A DNA stretch of 63,891 nucleotides, counting the filler, from Collodictyon triciliatum (Eukaryota), in assembly GCA_043381765.1 (NCBI GenBank). It is 12 parts of 11 records of this genome, joined end to end, with 100 filler letters (N's around TTAATTAATTAA, not from the genome) between each part and the next. Parts side by side here need not be neighbours in the genome. Positions count along the whole stretch, not along the records: positions 33,969 to 39,471 come from JBHJMP010005145.1; positions 39,572 to 45,072 come from JBHJMP010005146.1; positions 45,173 to 50,112 come from JBHJMP010005147.1; 9 more parts are not named here. One strand, given 5' to 3'. This document shows positions 37,218 through 47,688 of the stretch, in pieces. Position 1 is the stretch's first letter. Each line of letters begins with the position of its first letter. The notes beneath the pieces were generated by a model. That model was not told the DNA's origin. It made no database searches and was given only the letters and a program-made list of their open reading frames with translations. The position numbers and the translations under genes are program-made.

Positions 37218-38890
37218 GGATACTTTCTTGAGTCGGGCAGTGATGTACGAGGGTGTTGGCTCCTTGCCTGTTGTCGTTGGAGGAAGCTTTGCATTCTGGA
37301 CTCTTCTTTACTTCTCGGGGTCGTTTCTATTTGGTCTCATTCCGGCCACCCGATCGTCAGTTTTTCTTTTTTCTTCAAAACCGCTCTTATGCTTTTTTTC
37401 TTATAGAAACTTAACTTGTCCCTCCTCAAAGTACTATGCATATATTTAATCAAGGGGAAAAAGAGAGAAAGAAAAGACACATTTTTGTTAAGCTTTCTTT
37501 GTCTTCTTCTTTTCCTTTTTTCATTGTTCGCCTGACCTTTATATTCGTTGTGAAACGGAACAATAGACGCTATGCCAAGCTTTCGCCCAAGGACAAAGTC
37601 GACATGTGCGTGCGCCTTACTTCGACCCCTCACGCCATTGTTGTCTCTTTAGGGGTTATCTACTCCCTTGTAACAGACAAAGTAATGGGGGTTTCGATCA
37701 TATATCTCATTTACCCCATAATGAAGGGCCGAGGGTCGTTTCTTTCTTTGTCTCCAAGTGCACGGTACTGAATACCTTTCTCCTTTTTTATTTTATTTTT
37801 ATGAACGGATATTTAGGAGTTATGGGATGATTACATATGGAGCGCTTCAGGGAATGCTGCATTCTTTATTGCTGTTTCGGTTGGATACTTTGCGTGGGAT
37901 ACCGCAATTTGTATCCTCCACTTCAAGGACCACGTAATCTTTATGCCCAATCGGATGTTTCAATACGAACCAGTATGATTGGGCGACCTTGTGATGGCGT
38001 GATACAAATGATCTAGACTCTGAAATACTGATTTAATGGATTGGATTTGTAGGGTATTGGGTTCTTGCTGCACGGCATCGGATGTCTATTCGCCTATGGA
38101 TTTGCATTTGCGCTCGATGTTAGTTTACACATAGGAAATCCAATAATTGAAGCTAATGAGTTGCTGTATTGCCTTCATTATTTCTTTTCTTTTTCTTCTG
38201 TCCCAACCAAATCTCCTCTCAAGATAATTTCTGCAGCGGCCATTCATGCGTTTCTATGGTTGTTACTTTTTATTGTGGGAGCTGAGCACACCCTTTCTCA
38301 ACCTGAAGTTCTTCATTGAGGCATTTGGGAGCAAGGTGATAGAAAATGGTTTAGCCAACCCATGTCCTCTTATTTTACTTCAATTTCTGATTACTTGGTT
38401 GCATGCTGGCAGAAATTCTCTTTCTAAAACGCCCATTATTTTGTCATCTCTTCTTTTTATTCTTCTTCTTATGTAAAGGATTCCACCCTTTACCTGGTCA
38501 ACAACATGGTCTTTGCAATAACATTCTTTCTTGTCCGCATTTTGATTGGATTATACACTTCCGCTGAGTTTTGGATCACATTCCCGTACGACCCCAAGGT
38601 CCCACCTTTGATGATTATCTATTATCTAAGTGGTAAGATATTGGATTCTATGATAGCAAATTTTATAGAATATTCGCTGTATGTTGCAAAGAAAGTGACA
38701 TTTGATATATTGCAAGAGCAAAATTAACGTGGACATTTCTATCCTCCGTTATCTTTTTACTTATCACTTTTTCTTCTTAAATGTAAAAGCAAACTTCGTG
38801 CTGAACGCTCTGAACGTATTTTGGTTCACAAAGATTGTTCGTGGTGTCATGAGAACGTTTTCAAAGAAGCCCAGCAACAAAAGCCAGTAA
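37218..38890 (+). CDS. TLC-domain (TMEM56/TLCD4-like) membrane protein; first exon uncertain
   Basis: Exons VRLTSTPHAIVV, SVGYFAWD, GFLLHG, RPF..YG..FLLWELSTPFLN, FFLVRIL and NFVLNALNVFWFTKIV match TLC motifs. Confidence 0.85.
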
Positions 38891-39139
38891 TAAAAACAAA
38901 ACCTAACGTTTGTTTGTACCTTTGTTTCTTTGTGTGCGTGAGACGATTTTCCCAAAGGTTGATATATGTTCAGACCTCACAATGTGAATAAATGTGGTGA
39001 TCACACTAAGAGAGTCAGACTTTAGAGAAGCAATAAAAAAAAAACACAATGAATAAGAAAAAGTCTCCTTTGCTGAGATACAGGCACACTGAGAGACGAA
39101 GGACACATACCCCAGAAAATAAAGATATTACTATGGATT

Positions 39140-39382
39140 CTGCACGTTCTCTACTACTCAGACCCTGTGAGAAGAGACGTGTGGGAAAGAAGCTGAGAAA
39201 GAGATTCAACCTCGCCTTATATCTCTCATGCAAACACAAGACCCAGGTTACAGGCCAAGCCGCAGGGTGCAATTCCTGATTACTGACTAATTCCCCGCCA
39301 CTCGGCCACCAAGTAGTGTCCATGCAAACAATGGCTGTTTAACCAAAGCCAACATCTCCACCATCCTGTACAAAATTGAAAG

Positions 39383-39471
<89 letters not shown>
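39140..39471 (+). mobile_element. 5'-truncated LINE 3' end with a (TAA)n tail
   Basis: About 250 bp highly similar to 50309-50555, ending CAAAATTGAAAGG-AAT(AAT)n. Confidence 0.8.
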
Positions 39472-39701
39472 NNNNNNNNNNNNNNNNNNNNNNNNNNNNN
39501 NNNNNNNNNNNNNNNTTAATTAATTAANNNNNNNNNNNNNNNNNNNNNNNNNNNNNNNNNNNNNNNNNNNNAAGAAAAGAAAAGAAAAGAAAAGAAAAGA
39601 AAAGAAAAGAAAAGAAAAGAAAAGAAAAGAAAAGAAAAGAAAAGAAAAGAAAAGAAAAGAAAAGAAAAGACGAGAATAAAGCGAGATCGATTTGAGACAG
39701 A

Positions 39702-39902
39702 CCTTGAGGAGGCCTCCCTGAGCTTCTGCAGCTGCACCGGCCGGGAAGGCGGATCCGCCAGAGCAGAGCGACCCGTGACGACCGGCAAATGCAGCGGCAT
39801 ACTTCCCTGCAGCTCCTGCGACACCCAAAACGCGGCCCCTGCAAAGCCCACGCCGACGCCGACAAGCAGCCTTCTGCGCCACGACATTCTTCGATGCAAC
39901 AA
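39702..39902 (-). CDS. First exon of a mitochondrial FAD-dependent glycerol-3-phosphate dehydrogenase-like protein (truncated)
   Basis: Arg-rich presequence and TM (MSWRRRLLVGVGVGFAGAAFWV), then PPSRPVQLQKLRE resembling the GPD2 'PSR..QL..L' motif. Ends at a GT donor before the contig break. Confidence 0.5.
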
Positions 39903-40240
39903 CTGCCCCGCACACGAGTCAGAAGCCTTTCTTTTCCTCTGCTTTTCTTCTTCCTCTTCTCTGTCCTCTCAAACTCTTAGCTCACGCTTCTCTTCGCCCT
40001 CGACATTCCAATGACACACTATCCCACGACCTTCATTTCCATATATCAGTTCTATTTATTCGTTGCAGAGTGTTCATTCGATCCAAAGCCAGCAAAACTA
40101 AACCTGCGCCATTATCCCAGAGAGAGAAAAGGAAAGTGGATGAAAACAGAGCAAAAGGCTGTATCGCACGAGATTCAAGGAACCGGCCATGCAAAAGTGA
40201 TTGAGTGGTTTGGGAAAAGAAGAGGAGAGGAAAGCAGCCG

Positions 40241-43200
40241 TCAGACAAGGCCGACAACCATCACAGAGATATTATCTGTGCTGCCCATCTGATATGCTGC
40301 ATCGCGCACGCGACTCGCAGCGCCAGCCAGAGAAGGGTCGTGTTCCCACTCGTCGAGAACGCAGTCGATAACTTGCTGGTTGCTCAGCACGTCAAAAACG
40401 CCGTCGCATGCAAGAACAACAAACAGGTCGCTGCCTGTGTCGAACTCAAAGACGCTGATGTGTGGCGCCGCTGTCATCATCGGACGCTGTCTGCTGTCCC
40501 CAAAGGAACGCGTCACTGCGTTGGGTGCGTTGTGTCAGAAAGTGAGGACGAGATGGGAAGAAAAAAAAAAGGCAGGGAAAAAAAAAACCGTCATAAAATA
40601 AGAGTCACCCGCAATCTGACCATTCATTCGCCCGGATTCAGATACAAACCCGCCTGCCTGTCGCACACGCTCCTCCTCTTCGCGAAGAAATGGTTTATGG
40701 TCGACCTAGGAAACGGTAAAGGGGATGCAAGGTCATGTGGTGTACGCATACGTGTAACCCTTATGCAGATTATTGTATGTTGCATAAACAGCAAAGTCTG
40801 AAACAAACAGATAGCTGAATTGCGGTTTTGTTGCGGCATATGAGGATTCTGCTGTCTCCACAGTTTGCTGCATATATGCTGTTGGTAATAAATAGACAAA
40901 TTATTCATGTATTTTCATTATTATATATAAAAATGCGAGTTGGGTGTTTCATCCCAAACTTAGAATACTTTGCATGAAATAGTTAATATCACCTGTGACG
41001 TGATTTTTTTTATATGTTGTGATTTGTTAAAGTGATTAATAAAAATAAATAATAATAAATTGAAATATATATTGATATCATATATAATAAATCGAAATAT
41101 ATTGCACGATATGTGATGCTTCAATATTACCGATTTTTGCGAATGTAGGCAACCGCAGCAGTTGCACCGAGAGTATCTCCGTGTTTTTTTGTCTGCTCCA
41201 AAAGTGTGTCATTTGTCTACAGAACAAAACAGAGCTTAATATCGATAAAGGAGAGCCATTATATACATATGTACGCATGTATTCACATAATTTAAAATGA
41301 AAAATAAGATGAGTGAAAAAAACAAAGAGAAAGAAGAACTGAGAACGAAAGTGGTAAGCATGCAAATTTGTTTTGTAACAATAATTATAGCTAAAGACCT
41401 TCTCAAATGTTGACTCGATGACCTTGGTCACAATTTCAATCTCTTTGGCCTTATCGATATTCAAATCGTCCTCCTCTTGCAGCACAGGTGCGCCGTTTTC
41501 ACCTAATGCCAGATGCCCCACATTCAGGTTTCTTCGCCCAGAGAGGCCGCGCAGTTCACGTGGTTCGGCAGCTGACGAGCGAGTAGCAACCGTATCTGCG
41601 GTTTGACCTTCTTCAGTCAGCGATTCTACGGGTGGACGAAATCCTTCGCGATAAGAATTGGGTTTTGTGGGTGCGAGATGCGATGGCACAGTAGACTTGA
41701 CGGTGAAAGGTTTGAACGCCTCAGTCAGGGCGTTTTCCAGGTCTTCAGCAAGATACATCGTAAGGTAATCAGCCGCTTTCTAAAAAGTGGTAAAAGGAAT
41801 TCTTCTTAGTTGGCTATGAAACCAAAGAAAGTCACTGAGGATGCGGGCTAAGATTGGTTTTGTATATCAAGGCCAACTACATATTCATTTCTTGAAACAA
41901 ACGAAGCAGAGCAATTATGAGGACATTATGTAATTTTCTTCTTTTTTTTTTTAAAAAAAAAATACGTATATGATATACTTTTCCATTTCCTTCAACTCCG
42001 TGCCCATCAAACACTGCAAATAAATCTTCATCTGGAAAGTTGGCGTGTATAGTTAGCTTCCAAATAATTGCTTGAACAACCGAGACGATAAAGTAAGTTT
42101 AGCTATAATTTAATGAATGCAGAGTAATTCCCATGTTAAAATAAAATACTTTGTCTGTTTCTAAAGCTTCCACGGAGACATGTAGCGTCCTCCATGAAGG
42201 GACGTCGTCCAGTCATTTCAGAGTGTGATACACTGATTCATACCGAGGTTGAGATAATGATAAGCAGATTTCAATATAAACGTCTTTTTTTTTTATTTTT
42301 TTAGAAAGGACATAATAATCCACAGAAATAGAGTACCGGAATCGCTTGCTTTGCTTAACTGCAGCACCTCTAAAACAGTTGGACCTTCTTCTCCCAGTAT
42401 TCGCATCTGTTATCGAGTTTCATAGGTTACGTATGAGTTCAAATAAGGCAATCTTTCATGCGGGACAACGAACTGCAACGTATCAAAACAATAAAAGTCT
42501 TTGGAAGATAAAAGAAGAAAAGGAACCGTCTTTTGGAGTCATGTTGCTGATGTAGGAGGTGAGTAAATTCCGATGCACAATATGTTAATATTTCGAGGAA
42601 GTTAAATGGCAGCTCAGTCAAAAAAAAAAAAAAAGAAAAGAAATAAAGTAGCAAGGCACGTTTTGTCAGGTTGTATTTCATTATTATATATAAACGGGAA
42701 TAAATTATCGATTAATAAAAACAAACCCAGCATTTGTAGAGAGTACGTCGTTTCCAGATATATCTTTCACTTCGCAGTTGAATTCATTCAAGTTGTGCGG
42801 GATTGACCTCATGGAGTTGTTGTTTATATACTATAAAAGAGAAATGTTTTTGGCGATTTCATGTTCCAATCGCGTTGTCTTAATCAGCATTTGGATGAGG
42901 AATGTATATATAAAATAAGATTTTGCGGTCATATGTAAACTATACTAAAACTAAAATAATAATAATAGAAATAAGAAAAGCAAATGAAGAGAGAGGAAAG
43001 GAGAACTGTACCAGCCATTTCAAAGAAGTGAGGTCGCGCAGATCGAAAGAAATATTCCATATGCGATTTCCTAATGAGCAAGATAAGAATATGTTGAATT
43101 TTGATGTAGAGGACATGAGATAAAAGAAAAAAAAAGTCAAGCCAGTTTACTTTAGATATTTATTCTTTTTTTTTTTTGGTCATATAGATCAGTTCCGAAC

Positions 43201-44571
43201 ATTTTTTCTGATACGTAACGTGCAATTTCATGGCTATGATAATCATTATTTAATCAATTAATCAATAATTTTTTGAATGGAGAACAAACCAGATAGAAAT
43301 AAGTATTTGAGCTCGACCAATCGAGGGAAATCCTGTGGCAAAGCACTGATTCTATTGTAAGCCAAGCCTAGTGTGTGGATCTTTGTAAACTGCAGCACAG
43401 ATTCGGGAAACGAATCGAGCTTATTAAAAGAGAGATACAGCTCATCCAAGACGGAATGGAGAGGCATCTGAGCCTCTGTCTGCTCGAGAAAATGGGACAG
43501 CATATTGAACGAGATATTGAGGGAGCGGAGCATCTGCAGCGAGTACATGGATGCAGGCAAGGCAGAGAGGGCATTTCTGGACAAGATGAGTTTGCTCAGC
43601 CGAGAGAGATTGGAGACGCCATCTGGGAGCGTGTGGATGTGATTATTCGATGCATCGAGGGATTCGAGCGCAGCGAGGGCAGCGAACGTATCTGGAATCT
43701 GGGAGATGGAATTATTGGCGAGAAGGAGCTCTCTCAGGGCCACCAGATGAGAAATGGAGTCCGGGACGGCAGAGAGGGCATTCCCGGAGACGTCGAGCAA
43801 GGAGAGCCTCGAGAGCTGCGACGGGAAGGGCGGGACAGCAGACAGGCGATTGTGGGAGAGGTTGAGGGACTCGAGGGTCAGCAGCCCGGGCCACTCTGGG
43901 TCGGCGTCTGCAAGGGAGTCAGGGCCATGGAAGGCAAAGACATGGAGCTGATTGTGGGACAAATCCAGGAGGGCGATGGCCGGGGCGATGGCAAAGAGCG
44001 GCAGGTCGAAGTGGGAGAGAAGATTCCGCGCCATGCGCACGACACGCAGATGGGGCATCGAGACGCCGTCCAGGGCGGCAGAGGGGACGTCCAGACGTGC
44101 GATGAGGTTGAAGTCTGCGACGAGCGTCTCAAGCAGCGGCAGCGCGGCAAAGAGGCCGGGCGGCAGGCACGTGAGGCGGTTGTTGAAGAGGCTGAGGAGC
44201 TGGAGCGGGAGGGAAGGATCTGGGGCACCGATTAGGCAGGTGAGATCGAGGGCGGAGAGGCGGTTGCCGCGCAGATCGAGGGCGTGGAGATGGTGCAGGC
44301 CCAGCAGCTGCGGCGGGAGCGCTGCGAAGGCGTTGAAGGAGAGGTCGAGGGAGCGCAGGCGGCGCCATTTGGAGCGGAAGGCGTCCGGCAGGTGTGCGAG
44401 GCCGTTGTGCGCGAGGGTCAGGGCCAGCACGTGTTTGGCGTGCAGGTGCTCCGGCAGCCGCTGCAGGCTGTGGTGCGACAGGTCCAGCGCGGTGCTGTGG
44501 CTGCGCAGGCACTGTGCCACCGCGTCCCGGGCGGCCGGCGGCAGCGACGACAGCGAGGCTTGGTTGCCCAT
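40241..44571 (-). CDS. LRR + PP2C phosphatase (PHLPP/Cyr1-like LRR-PP2C architecture) with an N-myristoylation motif
   Basis: Starts MGNQAS; many LxLxxNxL repeats in exon 1; PP2C exons SEMTGRRPFMED, FAVFDGHG, GATAAVAYI, ANCGDSR, DHKP..EEERVRQAGGFV, VTRSFGD, LACDGVFDV, GSTDNISV. Confidence 0.9.
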
Positions 44572-45174
44572 CTGCGCTGGTTGGGGCGATGGGGGCGATT
44601 GGGGGTGGGGGGTTGGGCTTCGGAGAGGTGGGGGTGGTGGGTGAAAAAGGGGCTTTTTTATTTGGTTTTTTGGTTTGTTTTCTTTTTTTTTTCATTTTTC
44701 ATTTTGTTTTGTTTCCTTCGTTTTGCTTCTGTTTGTTTATGCTTTTGCTTCTGTTGTATTTTTGTTTCTTATTGCGTTTTTTTTTTGTTTTTTGTTTTTT
44801 TTTGATTGTGTGATGCCCAGCTATGAAAAAATGTCGTTGGTGGTTGTGTTTGTGCTTGGGTTGATCCGCTTTTTCAAGGCAAAATCTTTTCAGTAAAGTG
44901 TCTTGTTTTGGTAAAATTTTTTATTGGAATATTGTATTTCGTTCGACTTCTATCACCATATATGGAATTTAAATTTTTTTATTCTAAAAGTCTTAGCTGT
45001 TGAGCCCGTCTCAACAATCTTTCATTCAACCATCAGGCAAGTAGTTCCAAAGTAGGTGGGGATGTGTGGGAGNNNNNNNNNNNNNNNNNNNNNNNNNNNN
45101 NNNNNNNNNNNNNNNNTTAATTAATTAANNNNNNNNNNNNNNNNNNNNNNNNNNNNNNNNNNNNNNNNNNNNTT

Positions 45175-45870
45175 GCAACGACTCAAAACAGATACGTGGC
45201 AAGCAGTGCCAGGGTCGCACTTGAAAGTATTCAAATCCCCTACGCCGTGCACAATGTCACATCCGCCAACAATGAATTGTCTTTTCTTTGCCAGGTTGGA
45301 GCTGGCAGCCCCGTTTCATACAATATATCACTTGAAACTGGACTATTAACAATCAATGAAATAGTCAGTGACATAAGAACAAAGATGAATGCAGCAACCG
45401 CATCCCAGTCAGCCCAAGCAACAGTCACAGTTTCATTTTTAACCGGCAAGCAGAAAATAGCTATCAAGGGCGACGGTGCTAGTATATCATATCAACTGTT
45501 TGTGAATTCTTCAACGTGCCGGGAGCTAATTGGATTGACGGCCAATCTCTCGTTCAATACCTCATTTGTTGAGCTGCAGAACATAGTGAATATCCGTCTG
45601 TTTGATTACGTGTATCTGGTCAGCCCGAATGTTCAGAGTTCCAGTTTTGCCAGCAATATCGGCGGCAATGGCATCATCGTAAAAATACCGCTGAGTGTCG
45701 GGTCAAGGCACTCGAGTTACTATGAGGTAAATGACAATATCCTGGAAAATCTGATGGACTGCTCGTATATTCCTTTTAGCTGGAATTTCCGATTGGTCGA
45801 CATACTGGGGCGGACAATTAATCAAATTCAGGACTACATCTTTACGTTGCGGATAATTCCAGATTTTTAG
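45175..45870 (+). CDS. Putative minor capsid protein (penton, single jelly-roll) of PLV/virophage type; 5'-truncated
   Basis: VALESIQIPYAVHNVTSANNELSF..ISLETGLLTINEI..ELIGL..NIVNIRLFDYVYLVSPNV..IIVKIPLSV..Y..FRLVDILGRTI..DYIFTLRI follows the PLV mCP pattern as recalled. Confidence 0.68.
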   Translation, partial: ATTQNRYVASSARVALESIQIPYAVHNVTSANNELSFLCQVGAGSPVSYNISLETGLLTINEIVSDIRTKMNAATASQSAQATVTVSFLTGKQKIAIKGDGASISYQLFVNSSTCRELIGLTANLSFNTSFVELQNIVNIRLFDYVYLVSPNVQSSSFASNIGGNGIIVKIPLSVGSRHSSYYEVNDNILENLMDCSYIPFSWNFRLVDILGRTINQIQDYIFTLRIIPDF

Positions 45871-45884
45871 CTCTTGCCTAGAAT

Positions 45885-47649
45885 ATGGGTTTTTTCATAA
45901 CAGAAGAAAAAGAACTTCCGGAATATTTCAATCAAGGCGCAAACAAAGTATTAAAAGTAGATTCAAGCGGGGTTTATTTACAGTCGTTACAAGAGACGAA
46001 GACACCGGCCGAGCTTCTTAGTCAAATTGGAAATAGTGGACGGTTCCTAAGCACTAATGGCACGGTACCTGCTTAAATACCTATATCACAACTTCCAGGG
46101 CAAACTGCAGGAAATAATGGACAATTTCTTACATCTGATGGCTCCAGTTCTTCGTGGGTGAGTATTTCCCAGGTTCCAAGTCAAGTTGGTAATAATGGCA
46201 GATTTCTGACGAGTAACGGCTCCGCCGCCAGCTGGATAAATATTTCTCAGTTACCATCAACAACAGGAAACGACAATCGAGTGCTTGCTGTCGCTTCAGG
46301 AGGTACTGCTACTTGGACCAGTAATTTAACGGTAAGCAGTTCACTAGTCGTGGTGTCTCATCTTCAAGTAGGTACAGGCGTAGGAGCAAGTCAAGGCGTT
46401 TTTGCATCGGGAGGAACAAATAGTGGACTTAAATTTGCTTCAGGGTCAAATCCGAAAATACTATGTAATGGCACAACTGTTGTAGATTTTTCAAATGCTA
46501 GTTCAGACCCTATTTGTTCAATGGAAGAAGCTCTTCTTATAAAAAAAAATCTGTAAGACAGCCTGTAAATACCATAGCCAGTTCCCAATAATAGCAGCTG
46601 CCTTCCCTAACATAACTCGATTAAGTTTAACATCAGCAGCAAGTGATATAACTATAATATTGGGACAACGTGCCGATGGTACACGGTACATAATTATTCC
46701 GTATAAAACAGCACCTATGGTTCGTAAAGCTTTTTTAACGTCAGGTAGTGATTCTATAAGTCTTCAGATAATGCACAATCAAACCCCCGCAACAATAACT
46801 TTTCCAGCAACTTACGAAATGTTTGAAGGGGCTGTTTATCACTGCATTTTTGCAGCTCCTGATACATGGTATGTTTGGGCTACCGGACTACCAACAACTA
46901 CAAATATTCCTAACCCATTTACAATAGGCAGTGATTTATATTTTAGTGGTTCAGCGGCAAGAATTAACGGTTTTAATTCAGGTGTTAATTCAATTGTATC
47001 TACGGTTATTGGTGGTAATTCTAAATTTTCGGTAGCTAATGCTATTAATACTAATATGAATATTTTACAATGTGATGATCAACTCAGACTACAAAACGCC
47101 AAGGATATTCAATTCGGAATAAGTACGTATGGTGCAAATGCAATTAAAGGCACTTATACCGGAGTTAATTCAGAAATTTTATTTACAATTGGAGGCTTGC
47201 AACATGTTCAGTTTAAAAGAAATCAAGTAAACTTTTTGTTCGATGTATTTTTTGGGCGATGTCGCATTTATGATTTTACTTTATTTAGTACCGCTGGTTC
47301 GGAGTATCAAATTAGTACAAACACGCACCCTGTTATATTTTTCAGCCCAGCTGCGGCACACAGTAGCACCTGTACAATCACTTTTCCAACGTGCACTACT
47401 TTACCGGCGGGCTGGTAGGTACGTATTATATTCCTTAATATCAATGATACCTATATTAATAATAAAGGCCGTTTAAGATTTATGACACAAACAATTAATC
47501 TGTTTCGCACTGGAGTATCGTCCTGGACAGCAGGTGATTATAACGAGCTAGTAAATGGGACAGTTGTTGATGTAATTAATTACCGTCGCACAGTCACAGC
47601 AGACAGTCGCTGGTATGTGTGTGGTGAGTCAATAAACAATTTTTTTTAA
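45885..47649 (+). pseudogene. Fibre/tail-fibre-like gene of about 590 codons, interrupted by TAA (46074), a frameshift in an A9 run (~46541-46549) and TAG (47416)
   Basis: Four ~23-aa repeats (ISQLPSQxGNNGRFLTSNGxxxSW), then beta-rich G/S/T/N segments and TLPAGW*VRI. The frame continues past each lesion to TAA at 47647-47649. Confidence 0.7.
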
Positions 47650-47666
47650 AAAAAAATAATTGTTTA
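47633..47666. terminator. AT-rich palindrome/hairpin between the converging viral genes
   Basis: TAAACAATT-T6-A9-T-AATTGTTTA: a 9-bp perfect arm extended by T/A pairing, overlapping the fibre stop codon. Confidence 0.45.
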
Positions 47667-47688
47667 AAAAATAGCCTGTGAAAGATTT

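Noticed and set aside
38105-38236. Non-canonical GC donor in the TLC gene after GFAF
   Set aside because: A canonical in-phase GTTAGT donor 9 nt downstream is more parsimonious; undecidable without cDNA.
45885-47649. Alternative genetic code (TAA/TAG = Gln) explaining the in-frame stops
   Set aside because: One TAA replaces a conserved Trp, and host and viral genes end normally in TAA, TAG or TGA.
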